A stretch of 64,000 nucleotides of DNA. It comes from Bacteriovoracaceae bacterium. GTDB taxonomy: Bacteria; Bdellovibrionota; Bacteriovoracia; Bacteriovoracales; Bacteriovoracaceae. Below the pieces are notes generated by a model. The model was not told the origin of the DNA and searched no databases. It saw only the letters and a list, made by a program, of their open reading frames with translations. Positions 52,703-62,693 of the stretch are shown piece by piece (position 1 is the first letter of the stretch; each line of letters starts with the position of its first letter). The stretch covers positions 2,462,146-2,526,145 of the forward strand of contig OZ244226.1 of the NCBI GenBank assembly GCA_965217035.1, written 5' to 3'. Made by a program: the position numbers and the translations under genes.

Positions 52703-53442
52703 TTCTCCCAAGTGTCATCAATGATATTTTTTACTTTATAGACTCTATGATCATAAGTACTCATGCACATATATTCTTTAATCTTTGATTTTTCATCAAC
52801 TAAATATTCCACTTGATAGAGAGTATAAGGTCCAAGCTTTTGGTCATCTTTGAAAAGATACCATCTTTCATTTTTTCTTTTTTGAGCGAAGTGAATGCTT
52901 GGAGAAGTTAATGAGCAAAGATCTCTTTGAATTAAATGAGTAATTTGAGTGAATGTTGATTCCATATCAAAAAATGAGCTTGTGTAATGCCTACGATTAA
53001 ATAAACAGAAAAGAAAAACTAAGAGTGTGAATAATATTTCCAGAAAGTTAGAGAGAAGCATGGATCCTGGATATGTGAAATTAATTCCAATAAAGCTTAG
53101 AGAAATAAAAGTTTGTGTTTCTTTATCTAAATCAAAAAAGATTTTACTAATAGGGTTGAACCAAGTTACTGGATAGGTCGTTTTTTTCTTTCTGAAGTCT
53201 TGAGCAATTATAATAATAGATCTGTTCTGCTCTTTGATAGTGTTGACTTCAATTGAATGCATTTCAAAACCATTTGGAAGTTCGTGCATGATTTGTAAAT
53301 GTCTTCCAAGTTGATAGATCTGAGTAAGAAATAGACCAACGAGAATAAGAGAGGCGGAATAATAAAACTTTCTTTTCTTTTGTAGCGACACAGGCAACTC
53401 CATGAATTGTTTTAAACAGTGTAACGAAGATTGAAACTCCAT
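52699..53442 (-). CDS. Membrane protein with C-terminal GYF_2 (DUF4339)-like domain
   Basis: Two TMs; WYLFKDDQKLGPYT motif. Confidence 0.55.
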   Translation of the reverse strand: MEFQSSLHCLKQFMELPVSLQKKRKFYYSASLILVGLFLTQIYQLGRHLQIMHELPNGFEMHSIEVNTIKEQNRSIIIIAQDFRKKKTTYPVTWFNPISKIFFDLDKETQTFISLSFIGINFTYPGSMLLSNFLEILFTLLVFLFCLFNRRHYTSSFFDMESTFTQITHLIQRDLCSLTSPSIHFAQKRKNERWYLFKDDQKLGPYTLYQVEYLVDEKSKIKEYMCMSTYDHRVYKVKNIIDDTWEN

Positions 53443-53555
53443 GAGTCGATAGCTTTATAAAAGTTAATAAAATCAACTATTAAGCATTCAAAAACTGACC
53501 TAAATCTAGGCTCTAGAAGTTGGCACCTAATCCTGTCGCATGCTAATATGGCTAA

Positions 53556-54515
53556 ATGGACTATGTATTAGATTTTGAAAAGCCGGTTAATGAGCTTGAG
53601 AATCAGATCAAAGAACTTAAGAGTGCTTCTAAGAAGCCTAATATTGATTTGAGTACTGAAATTAACGCTTTGCAATCTAAGGTGTCTCTTCTGATTCAGG
53701 AGATTTACCAAAATCTTTCGCCTTGGGAGCGTGTCCAACTTTCTCGACATCCTCAAAGACCTCACACTCTTGATTACGTAAATAATATCCTGGACGATTT
53801 TCATGAAATTAGCGGGGATAGAACTTTTGGTGATGATCAATCTATGATTACTGGTTTTGGAAAACTAGAAGGTCAAAAAGTTGCTTTTATTGGAATTGAG
53901 AAAGGACGCAAAACTCAAGAAAAAATTCAAAGAAATTTTGGGATGCCAAACCCAGAAGGGTATAGGAAAGCTTTGAGGCTTGCAGAGCTCGCTTCGAGAT
54001 TTCATATTCCATTAATTACCCTTGTTGATACTCCAGGTGCTTACCCTGGTATTGGAGCTGAAGAAAGAGGGCAGGCACAGGCCATTGCTCAAAATCTAGA
54101 GGCTTTCTTTGGTATTGAGGCTCCTGTCATTTCAATTATTATTGGAGAGGGAGGGTCTGGAGGTGCTCTTGGTATTGCGATTGCTGATAAGGTCTTCATG
54201 ATGGAGTATTCCATTTACTCTGTCATTTCCCCTGAATCTTGTGCTTCTATCCTTTGGTCTGATCCAAAGATGGCAGAGAAGGCAGCAAATTCTCTTCAAT
54301 TGAGTCCCGAAAAGGCCCTTGAATTTAAAGTCATCGATGGGATTATCAATGAACCGCCAGGTGGTGCCCATCGGAATCCAGAAGTGGCTATTAAAAACGT
54401 TAAAAAGAAGCTTATTCAAGAAATTGAAAAGCTTTCAAAAAACTTGGATGCAAAAAAATTATTGGAAAAAAGGCTGAACCGTTTTAGAAAAATAGGTAAT
54501 CAGTATATCAAGTAA
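53556..54515 (+). CDS. accA: Acetyl-CoA carboxylase carboxyltransferase alpha subunit
   Basis: LDFEKP, RHPQRP, NFGMPNPEGYRKA, GEGGSGGALG, YSVISPE. Confidence 0.97.
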   Translation: MDYVLDFEKPVNELENQIKELKSASKKPNIDLSTEINALQSKVSLLIQEIYQNLSPWERVQLSRHPQRPHTLDYVNNILDDFHEISGDRTFGDDQSMITGFGKLEGQKVAFIGIEKGRKTQEKIQRNFGMPNPEGYRKALRLAELASRFHIPLITLVDTPGAYPGIGAEERGQAQAIAQNLEAFFGIEAPVISIIIGEGGSGGALGIAIADKVFMMEYSIYSVISPESCASILWSDPKMAEKAANSLQLSPEKALEFKVIDGIINEPPGGAHRNPEVAIKNVKKKLIQEIEKLSKNLDAKKLLEKRLNRFRKIGNQYIK

Positions 54516-54529
54516 ACTGGGGAAGAATC

Positions 54530-55399
54530 ATGACAATTAGATCGATGACGGGATTTGGTCGTGCCGAATCGGAAACCGATGAATCTTTGATCACGGTAGA
54601 GGTCAAATCTGTAAATAATAGATACAAGGACTATCGATTTAGAATGCCAGGGCATTTGAATTCTTATGAAATGATCTTTAGGGAAGTTCTTAATAATTAC
54701 TTCAGAAGAGGGAGTTTTGATATTGCTGTTCAAATCAAGCGAAACCCTAAAGCTGAAAATTTTATTAACTTAGATTACACAAAAATAACCCAATTTATAA
54801 AAGAATTCACTAAAGAGGTGAGTTCTGAGGGAAGTTTTCGAGTGACTGATTTTCTACGTGGTGAATTTTATAAGGATCAATCTGAATCAGAGAGAGAAAA
54901 GCTAGGAGAACTCGTAAAAGCTGTACTCGAAAAGGCGATTGCTGAAAATATTAAGTTTCGTGAAAGAGAAGGAGCAAAGCTTGTTTCTGTTTTCGAAAAA
55001 CAAATTAAAAGTTATAGAAAAGCTCTTGAAAGTATCAAGGGGTATTCGGAAGACTATCAAGGGAAACTTCGAGAAAAGTTTTTAAAACGTTTTGAAGAGC
55101 AGAAATTAAATATTGAATCTGATGATGACCGTTTTCAAAAAGAAATTATCTATTACCTCGAAAAACTTGATATTGATGAAGAGATGGACCGAGCTAATAT
55201 TCATCTTTCTAAATTGGAAAATCTTTTTACGGATCCGAATGCAGAGCAAGGTCGGCAATTTGAATTCTTACTTCAAGAACTTCATCGTGAAACAAATACG
55301 ATGGGATCGAAATCGGGACATGAAAAAATTACTGATAATGTTGTGAAAATGAAAGTTTGTCTAGAGAAGATGCGAGAACAAGCATTGAATATTGAGTAA
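54530..55399 (+). CDS. yicC: YicC/YloC family endoribonuclease
   Basis: SMTGFGR, KSVNNRY, EEMDR, QELHRETNTMGSK, REQALNIE. Confidence 0.93.
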   Translation: MTIRSMTGFGRAESETDESLITVEVKSVNNRYKDYRFRMPGHLNSYEMIFREVLNNYFRRGSFDIAVQIKRNPKAENFINLDYTKITQFIKEFTKEVSSEGSFRVTDFLRGEFYKDQSESEREKLGELVKAVLEKAIAENIKFREREGAKLVSVFEKQIKSYRKALESIKGYSEDYQGKLREKFLKRFEEQKLNIESDDDRFQKEIIYYLEKLDIDEEMDRANIHLSKLENLFTDPNAEQGRQFEFLLQELHRETNTMGSKSGHEKITDNVVKMKVCLEKMREQALNIE

Positions 55400-55400
55400 A

Positions 55401-55985
55401 ATGGCTACGGGAAGAATTATCATTATTGTTGCTCCATCGGGAACGGGTAAATCGACTTTGCTCAAGATGCTGTTTGCAGCCTATCCAGCTCTTAACTGGT
55501 CTGTTTCGACCACAACTCGATCAATCCGTGAGGGAGAGATTGATGGCAGGGATTATAACTTCATTTCTGTAGAAGATTTTAAAAAAGGAATTACGGAAGG
55601 AGAGTTCATTGAATGGGCTGAAGTTCACGCAAATTATTATGGGACTTCTAAGAAGTTTATCTCCCAAATGCTGGAAGAAGGAAAGGTTGTCGTTTGTGAT
55701 TTAGATGTCAAAGGGACTGATAATATGCTAGAAAGCTATCCCGAAGATGCTGAAGCGATATTTATAGAGCCTCCCTCCCTGGAAACTTTACGCCAACGGT
55801 TGAGAGGAAGAGCGACTGATGGTACCAATATTATTGAGCTTAGAGTAAAAAATGCCGAAGAAGAGCTTAAGAGAAAGAATGACTACCACTACTTGGTGAA
55901 AAATGAAGATCTTCAAGTTGCTTATGGAGAGTTAAGTAAGATCTTTAAGGAGATATTGATTAAGGCCGGGGTAAAGATTGATTAG
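55401..55985 (+). CDS. gmk: Guanylate kinase
   Basis: APSGTGKST, STTTR..REGE.DG.DY.F, YYGTS. Confidence 0.96.
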   Translation: MATGRIIIIVAPSGTGKSTLLKMLFAAYPALNWSVSTTTRSIREGEIDGRDYNFISVEDFKKGITEGEFIEWAEVHANYYGTSKKFISQMLEEGKVVVCDLDVKGTDNMLESYPEDAEAIFIEPPSLETLRQRLRGRATDGTNIIELRVKNAEEELKRKNDYHYLVKNEDLQVAYGELSKIFKEILIKAGVKID

Positions 55986-58167
55986 AGAAAGTCTCGATTT
56001 TAGCCATGAACCAGATTTAACGATTGATGAGCTTATTCGTCGAGTTAAGTCTTATTATAGTGAAGCGGATGAGAACTTAATCCGTAAAACTTATGAATTT
56101 GCTGAGCATGCTCATCGTGCTCAAAAGCGATCCTCTGGTGAAGCTTATATTATTCATCCTATTAATGTTGTTGCAACTTTAATTAAGCTTAAGATGGATA
56201 TTGAGACCATCTTAGCGGGATTTCTTCATGATACAATTGAAGATTGTAATGTGACTCCAGAAGAAATTGAAGAGAAGTTTTCGGGGAATGTTGCAGAGAT
56301 TGTTGTTGGTCTAACAAAAATTTCTAAGATTAAATTTAAAACAAGACAAGAATCACAGGCAGAGAACTTCCGTAAGATGGTTGTGGCCATGGCAAAAGAT
56401 TTGCGAGTGATTATTGTTAAGCTCGCAGACCGAATGCATAATATGCGGACTCTTCAATATGTTTCGAAGGAAAAACAACAAAAAATTGCACAAGAGACTT
56501 TAGATATTTATGTTCCACTTGCGAGCCGACTGGGGATTAACTCTGTAAAAGCTGAACTTGAAGATCTTTGCTTAAGATTCCTCCATTCTGAGATTTATTA
56601 TCGACTTGCTGAAAAAGTTGATATGAAAAAATCAGAACGAGAGGATTATATCCGAAGTACGATCAAGGTTATTAAAGATCAACTTGATGAATACGATGTA
56701 AAAGCAGAAGTTACAGGAAGACCAAAAACGTTTTATTCCGTTTACAAAAAAATGCAGCATAGAGGAGTCGATTTTGAGCAGATCCAAGATATGCTCGCTT
56801 TTAGAATTCTCACTAATAATATTACGGAATGTTATAAAGCTTTGGGCATTATTCACTCCGCTTTTAAACCGGTCCCTGGGCGTTTTAAAGATTATGTCGC
56901 AATTCCAAAAGTTAATAATTACCAAAGTTTGCATACGACTGTTATAGGCCCAGCAGCTGAAAGAATCGAAATACAGATTCGTACTTATGAAATGCATGAG
57001 ATTGCAGAGAAAGGGATTGCTGCTCACTGGAAATACAAAGAAAAAGGTTCAGGTGTTATCAATGCCAAAGATCTAGATTGGGTTCAAGAACTTGTTCAAT
57101 TCAATCAAGATGTGAAGTCGAATTCTGAATTCATGGATGTTATTAAAAATGATCTGGATATGGGGGGAGTTTTTATCTTTACTCCTAATGGGGATGTCAA
57201 AGAGTTAAGATTTGGAGCAACGGCGCTCGACTTCGCTTATGCCGTTCATACAGAGGTCGGAAATAAATGTGTTGGAGCAAAAGTTAATGGAAAGATTGTT
57301 CCTCTTAAATACCGTTTGAAAAGTGGTGATAGTGTTGAAGTCTTAACCAGTAAAACTCAAACACCAAGTAAAGACTGGCTTAAAATCGTCAAAAGTACTC
57401 GAGCAAAAACTAAAATACGCCAATTTCTTTCGAAAGTAGAGAGAGATAAAAGTCGTGAGCTCGGAGAGCAAATGTTAGAAGAGGCGCTTAAGCCCTATGG
57501 TGAGAAAATTAAAATATTGGCTAAGAAAAATGATTTCAATAAGGCCTTTGATGAACTCAATGCTCGAAACCTTGAGGAACTTTTTATTCACATCGGTACT
57601 AAAAGAAGTATGATTGCAGAGGTTTTACGACTCATTCCTTCTATCGACTATAAAGAATCGACCGAGGAAAAAGAAAAAGCAGAATCTTATTACCAAAGGC
57701 TCACAAAAACAGCGAAAAAATCAGCAAACAGAGACAATGCGGTTATTGTAGATGGTCTCGATGATATTGTCGTTCGGATGGGGCGTTGTTGTAACCCCAT
57801 TCCAGGGGATGAAATTGTCGGCTTTATTACAAAAGGACGAGGAATCACTATTCATAATGTGAGTTGTGAAAAAGTAGATGAGCTTGATGATACCCGCCGT
57901 TTATCTGTTGAGTGGAATAGTGAATATCACTTCAAGCATCCCGTTAATATTAAGGTTATTACGCATGATAAGCCAGGTATCCTTTCTTCAATCTCAAGTA
58001 AGATAAACGGAACGGGGATTAATATTCGAAGCGCTCACGCGAAGTCTCTTCCTGACCAAAAAGGGAGTTTTATCTTTGAAGTCGAAGTTAAAGACTATAG
58101 TGAATTTTTAAAAACTTTGAGTGTTATCGAGGCAATGGATACTGTTATTTCAGTTTCTCGAGCTTGA
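55978..58167 (+). CDS. spoT: Bifunctional (p)ppGpp synthetase/hydrolase (long RelA/SpoT homolog)
   Basis: Intact HD motif (LHDTIED), RFKD, YQSLHT, TGS, CC and ACT domains. Confidence 0.93.
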   Translation: MIRESLDFSHEPDLTIDELIRRVKSYYSEADENLIRKTYEFAEHAHRAQKRSSGEAYIIHPINVVATLIKLKMDIETILAGFLHDTIEDCNVTPEEIEEKFSGNVAEIVVGLTKISKIKFKTRQESQAENFRKMVVAMAKDLRVIIVKLADRMHNMRTLQYVSKEKQQKIAQETLDIYVPLASRLGINSVKAELEDLCLRFLHSEIYYRLAEKVDMKKSEREDYIRSTIKVIKDQLDEYDVKAEVTGRPKTFYSVYKKMQHRGVDFEQIQDMLAFRILTNNITECYKALGIIHSAFKPVPGRFKDYVAIPKVNNYQSLHTTVIGPAAERIEIQIRTYEMHEIAEKGIAAHWKYKEKGSGVINAKDLDWVQELVQFNQDVKSNSEFMDVIKNDLDMGGVFIFTPNGDVKELRFGATALDFAYAVHTEVGNKCVGAKVNGKIVPLKYRLKSGDSVEVLTSKTQTPSKDWLKIVKSTRAKTKIRQFLSKVERDKSRELGEQMLEEALKPYGEKIKILAKKNDFNKAFDELNARNLEELFIHIGTKRSMIAEVLRLIPSIDYKESTEEKEKAESYYQRLTKTAKKSANRDNAVIVDGLDDIVVRMGRCCNPIPGDEIVGFITKGRGITIHNVSCEKVDELDDTRRLSVEWNSEYHFKHPVNIKVITHDKPGILSSISSKINGTGINIRSAHAKSLPDQKGSFIFEVEVKDYSEFLKTLSVIEAMDTVISVSRA

Positions 58168-58288
58168 TATAATCTTAATCGTTATAGCCTCTATACTTTC
58201 TTAAGTTGCACTGACCTTTATAGACTTTTACATTACATACTACCAGTACAAGTATTTTAAATATTAAGAGTATTCAAGAAACTTAAAG

Positions 58289-59233
58289 TTATTGATCAGC
58301 AGAAGCCTCTAGCCAATAATCAGTCTCAAAATTATCAATATCTGTTCGATCAATAATAAACTCTTTGCTCTTTTGATGTTGAATCACTTCGAAATCACTG
58401 CCTTCTTTGATTCCATTTAAGCGATCAAAAATACTATCAATATCCCAAAAAGTGATTTTATAATGAGGTTCGTTTTTTTGACTCCATTTCCCAAAATTTT
58501 CATTTGTGAGCATTTCAAAAATACTGACTTTCTGTTGAGTCACGTCTCCACCAATCAAAGATTTAGGTATCAAAATATCGCGTTCCCATCCTTTCATAAA
58601 AGGATCATTTTCAAGATTTGCGATATCAACGAGGGAATAAGCAAAGTGAACACAACCGGCTCGACGTTTTAGGCGAACTTCATAATTAAGTCCTCCATAA
58701 ATCTGGTCAACTCCTTCAGCTCTATATTCCTTGATAAAGTTTGCGAGATTCAGGCAATTTGCTTCAGATATTTGATAAGTCACAGTGTGAACTCGACCTG
58801 ATTCACGTTTTGCCTTCACTTCTTGTTGAAGATGGGCCTTGTTTTCGAGAGCACCTGGAAAGTCTACAAACATGATCCCAAAGCCCAATGCTTTTGTGAT
58901 GAGTTTGTCATAAACATCTTTCCCGCGATCGATCATTCCTGTGAAATCATAATGAGTCGTTTCCCCTTGAGGATTGATACAATGAATTTCTCCCGCGACA
59001 TGTCCCATTTTTCTATTATAAGGAGAGGCGAAATTGATAAGATTTGAATAGAGAAGGCTTTTAGGTGAATCCCAACTGACTCCAAAGGGAGAAGAAAAAA
59101 CATGAATAGAGAGTCGACTTTTTTTACCTTGAGGAATAGTAAATTTATCAGTTGTTCTATAATCTTCACGAGTGATCCAATAAGAAGCAATGAGTAAACC
59201 TAAGACTAAAACAACAATTGATGATTTTCGCAT
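58289..59233 (-). CDS. Exported hypothetical protein
   Basis: N-terminal TM/signal; GH...AGC residues hint at a permuted papain-like fold (weak). Confidence 0.7.
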   Translation of the reverse strand: MRKSSIVVLVLGLLIASYWITREDYRTTDKFTIPQGKKSRLSIHVFSSPFGVSWDSPKSLLYSNLINFASPYNRKMGHVAGEIHCINPQGETTHYDFTGMIDRGKDVYDKLITKALGFGIMFVDFPGALENKAHLQQEVKAKRESGRVHTVTYQISEANCLNLANFIKEYRAEGVDQIYGGLNYEVRLKRRAGCVHFAYSLVDIANLENDPFMKGWERDILIPKSLIGGDVTQQKVSIFEMLTNENFGKWSQKNEPHYKITFWDIDSIFDRLNGIKEGSDFEVIQHQKSKEFIIDRTDIDNFETDYWLEASADQ

Positions 59234-59240
59234 AAGAGAG

Positions 59241-59249
59241 ATTATAACA
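59241..59249 (-). promoter_or_regulatory. Extended -10 promoter of a probable leaderless gene
   Basis: Minus strand TGTTATAAT, 7 nt before ATG 59233, no SD. Confidence 0.65.
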
Positions 59250-59266
59250 TGTTTGAGGAGTCTGAT

Positions 59267-59917
59267 CTAGTCAGGGGTAGGTGTCGAGTAGACTTTAATT
59301 GATTGAGAAAAGTAATTTTGAAGTATTTCTTCAAGGTTTTGTTCGCTAATATTACCTTTTACGTACAGCTTACCATTAAAAAAATCTACAATTTCAAGTT
59401 TTTCGGGGAGTTGTAAAAATATTGCCTTAATCCACTCTACATTAGTTCTTCCTTTCCACTCAGAGGTTCGAAAATCTTGTGCCGTAAAGTCTCGAGCAAA
59501 AGAGCTAACCACTGGAACACAGGAAGAACAGGCGGAGGCAAAAGGAAACTCTTGGTACAGGTAGTTTTTTAAATCTACTGAATGAATATCAGGATGATAC
59601 CTTTCTGCAGAAAAATTTAGATCAGACAATGAAACTTTAAAGCAGGGACAAGCAAGTTTTGGAATTCTTGTTGTGGGAGTCTCATCGTATCCTTGAAGCG
59701 CTTTGGTAAAAAGAGTAAGAGCAATGAGTTTCTCTTGAAAGCTCAAAGAACTGTTCTCAATGGCCTTTGGGGTTTGACTAAGACTTAAATTGAAAGAGAT
59801 TTCATTCGAAAGCGGTGGTGAGAAATTAAGATCTAAAACTTTATCGTCTTCAAATTTGAAAGAGAGTTCATAATTCTTTCCTTTGTACTTTAGAAATACT
59901 TGAGACTGAAAACTCAT
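59267..59917 (-). CDS. Hypothetical protein with BFD-like [2Fe-2S] cysteine pattern
   Basis: CPC-x37-CSSC; coupled downstream of map. Confidence 0.6.
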   Translation of the reverse strand: MSFQSQVFLKYKGKNYELSFKFEDDKVLDLNFSPPLSNEISFNLSLSQTPKAIENSSLSFQEKLIALTLFTKALQGYDETPTTRIPKLACPCFKVSLSDLNFSAERYHPDIHSVDLKNYLYQEFPFASACSSCVPVVSSFARDFTAQDFRTSEWKGRTNVEWIKAIFLQLPEKLEIVDFFNGKLYVKGNISEQNLEEILQNYFSQSIKVYSTPTPD

Positions 59918-59919
59918 GA

Positions 59920-60669
59920 TTAGGGAAGTGTAAGGATCTCTGAACCCTCTTCTGTAACGAGAATCGTATGTTCAAATTGAGCGGAGTGTTTTCCATCTCT
60001 TGTGACCACTGTCCAATCATCATCAAGAAGTTCACAATGACGGGCACCCATATTGATCATAGGTTCTATCGTGAAGGTCATCCCCGCTTTTAACTCGACT
60101 CCCGTTCCTTTTTTTCCGTAGTGGAGGACTTGAGGCTCTTCGTGGAATTCTCGTCCTATTCCATGACCACAATATTCTCGAACGACAGAGTAACCATGAT
60201 CATGAGCAATTTCTTGAATTGTTGCACCAATATCACCTAAGCGAGCTCCAGGTTTGACGACTTTTATGGCCTGATCCAAACACTCTTTCGTTACTTCAAC
60301 GAGTTTTACAATTTTAGGATCAACATTTCCGATTAAGAAAGTTTTATTGGTATCGCCATGATAATTATTGAGGATTGTTGTCACGTCAACATTGAGAATA
60401 TCTCCATCTTTTAAAACGACTTTGGGAGAAGGGATTCCATGACAGATAACCTCATTAGGAGAGGTACAGCAGGACTTTGGAAAACCATGATAATTGAGAG
60501 TTGCGGGAATCGCTCCATGCTCAGTCATAAAATCATGAACGATCGTATTAACGTCTTCCGTGCTCATGCCAATTTTCAGCTTATTCTCTAGGTGTACTAA
60601 TGTCTGAGCGGCTAATTTTCCGGTTTGCCGCATTAGTTCTATTTCTCTTGAGCTTTTTATGGTTATCAT
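59920..60669 (-). CDS. map: Methionine aminopeptidase type I
   Basis: CHGIP, NVDVT, GDT, GHGIG..FHE, TIEPMIN, AQFEHT. Confidence 0.97.
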   Translation of the reverse strand: MITIKSSREIELMRQTGKLAAQTLVHLENKLKIGMSTEDVNTIVHDFMTEHGAIPATLNYHGFPKSCCTSPNEVICHGIPSPKVVLKDGDILNVDVTTILNNYHGDTNKTFLIGNVDPKIVKLVEVTKECLDQAIKVVKPGARLGDIGATIQEIAHDHGYSVVREYCGHGIGREFHEEPQVLHYGKKGTGVELKAGMTFTIEPMINMGARHCELLDDDWTVVTRDGKHSAQFEHTILVTEEGSEILTLP

Positions 60670-60687
60670 AAGATAAATAGTTATCAG

Positions 60688-61626
60688 ATGCGAGATGTCA
60701 TGTCACTTTCAATCTACCGAGTTGATTATTCGCCTTATTTCTCAGAGGAGTTTCAAAAAAACGAAATAGAGTCTCTTCAGGAGGCTGGTTTTAACTGGCT
60801 GACAGAGTTTCGATCGGTTGCCGATGTTTTGATTACGAATACCTCGACAACCTCAGAACGCTTGAGGGAATTCGACCTCTCCCGGGTAAAACTTATTGTG
60901 CATCCTAACTCTGGATTTGATAATTTTTCACCTAAATTTGTTTCTGAACTCGATTGCCCATTTGTTCTCGGAAACTCTTTGAGAGCGACGGCCGTTGCTG
61001 AAAATATAGTGACTCACTTGATGGCCCGAAACCAACAACCTGCTCAAGAAAAATGGAATCGAGATAAATCACTTATCAAGAGAAGGCTTTTGAAGGATCA
61101 AAAAGTCTTAATTTATGGTTATGGGCATATTGGTCAACTTGTGGAACAAACCCTCACGACCTTAATGACGGTTGATGTCGTTGATCCTTATCAAAAATTA
61201 AATCCAAGTATTAAGCTTGATGAATACGATGCGATTCTTCTTTGTTGTAGTCTTAATTCAAGAAATAAACACATGATTGATAGGGAATACCTTTCTCTGC
61301 TTAAATCTGACGTTACAATTATAAATTCTGCTCGAGGACCTCTCATTGATTGGGAAGCGTTACTTTCTTTTCTTGAAAATAATCCCAAGTCTCAAGCCTT
61401 TTTGGATGTTTTTGAAGTGGAGCCTCATCCGATTGAGAAATTCCATCTTCCTAATCTTCATATGACTTCTCATATTGCTGGGGTTCATGAAGGATTAGAC
61501 AGAGAAATCATTCAATTTGAAAAGACTGTGATCGAAGATTTTCAAAAGCTTTCAGACGCAAACTTCCGGAATCAGTATAAAAATCTGTTATTGTCCGGTA
61601 AGATTTTAGAGGGAGAGTTTATTTAA
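60688..61626 (+). CDS. D-isomer-specific 2-hydroxyacid dehydrogenase family protein
   Basis: GYGHIG, NSARG, LDVFEVEP, HIAG; start may be 60700. Confidence 0.85.
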   Translation: MRDVMSLSIYRVDYSPYFSEEFQKNEIESLQEAGFNWLTEFRSVADVLITNTSTTSERLREFDLSRVKLIVHPNSGFDNFSPKFVSELDCPFVLGNSLRATAVAENIVTHLMARNQQPAQEKWNRDKSLIKRRLLKDQKVLIYGYGHIGQLVEQTLTTLMTVDVVDPYQKLNPSIKLDEYDAILLCCSLNSRNKHMIDREYLSLLKSDVTIINSARGPLIDWEALLSFLENNPKSQAFLDVFEVEPHPIEKFHLPNLHMTSHIAGVHEGLDREIIQFEKTVIEDFQKLSDANFRNQYKNLLLSGKILEGEFI

Positions 61627-62693
61627 TGAGTTTAGAGAAAATTTTAACATATCCAGGGAATGGTGTTCATACCGTAAATACGGGCAGGGAAAGAAAAGAA
61701 AAAATTTTTCAAGCCTATTATCAAACAACTGAGCTTTCTGAAGTTGAGCAGAAATGGAAGGAAGAACTTAACTTGAAAGAAGATCAAAACATCTGGTTAT
61801 TGGGAGCACCCTCTGATTGCGGGGCAGGAATCATGCGTGGCTCGAATTGGGGACCGCTCGCTATTCGTGAAGCTCTCTTAGAGATTAAAGAAGATCGATT
61901 CTTGGATCTCGGCGACATTCGTGTTGTTCCTCATTTGCTTCATGATAAATATTTAAATAATGAGACGATAGAGAGTGTTCAAAGAGCGCTTTATAATGGA
62001 GAGAAACTTCCTGTTTCTCCCTTGAGTCTTTTGGAGTTTGCTGGGGATGAACTTTTTAAATCAAACGCTCATCTTTTATCATTAGGTGGTGATCACTCTA
62101 TCAGTTTTCCACTGACAAAATCCTGGTTAAAATATAATACAGATAAAATTGGGATTCTCCATTTCGATGCTCATACAGATTTATTGAAGCAAAGATTAGG
62201 AATTGATTATTGTTTTGGTTCCTGGGCGAGTCATACGATTGAACTTATGCAAGATTCTCAAAACTTTGTCCAAGTAGGGATTCGATCAACCGGGAAGGAT
62301 CGTAACCATTGGGAAAGCTCTTTTAATATTCAACAGATTTGGTCTGAAGAGGTTAGACAACAAGGAGCTAATCATATCGGAGAACAAATCAGAAAGCATT
62401 TCCAAAAGCAGGGTGTAGAAAAAATTTATCTTAGTTTTGATATTGATGTTTTTGATATTGAATATGCTTCTGCGACAGGGACTCCGGAAGCAGGAGGACT
62501 TCAACCAAGTGATGCTCTTTTAATTCTTTCTGAAGTGGCAAAAGAGCTTAAAATTCAAAGTGCAGACTTAGTCGAAGTTGCACCTTTTGTTCAATACCCA
62601 GATCGTTATCTTAAAAATCTTGAACCAAAGACAACACTCGACTCAGCATTAGGTATTATCACTTTTCTTATGGATCATTGGAATGAGTCGTGA
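61626..62693 (+). CDS. Arginase/agmatinase (ureohydrolase) family protein
   Basis: GGDHS, FDAHTD, SFDID, TGTPEAGGL, DLVEVAP. Confidence 0.9.
   Translation: MSLEKILTYPGNGVHTVNTGRERKEKIFQAYYQTTELSEVEQKWKEELNLKEDQNIWLLGAPSDCGAGIMRGSNWGPLAIREALLEIKEDRFLDLGDIRVVPHLLHDKYLNNETIESVQRALYNGEKLPVSPLSLLEFAGDELFKSNAHLLSLGGDHSISFPLTKSWLKYNTDKIGILHFDAHTDLLKQRLGIDYCFGSWASHTIELMQDSQNFVQVGIRSTGKDRNHWESSFNIQQIWSEEVRQQGANHIGEQIRKHFQKQGVEKIYLSFDIDVFDIEYASATGTPEAGGLQPSDALLILSEVAKELKIQSADLVEVAPFVQYPDRYLKNLEPKTTLDSALGIITFLMDHWNES

Noticed and set aside
53521..53540. TGGCAC as a sigma-54 -24 box upstream of accA
   Set aside because: No TTGC at the required -12 spacing; an extended -10 explains the region better
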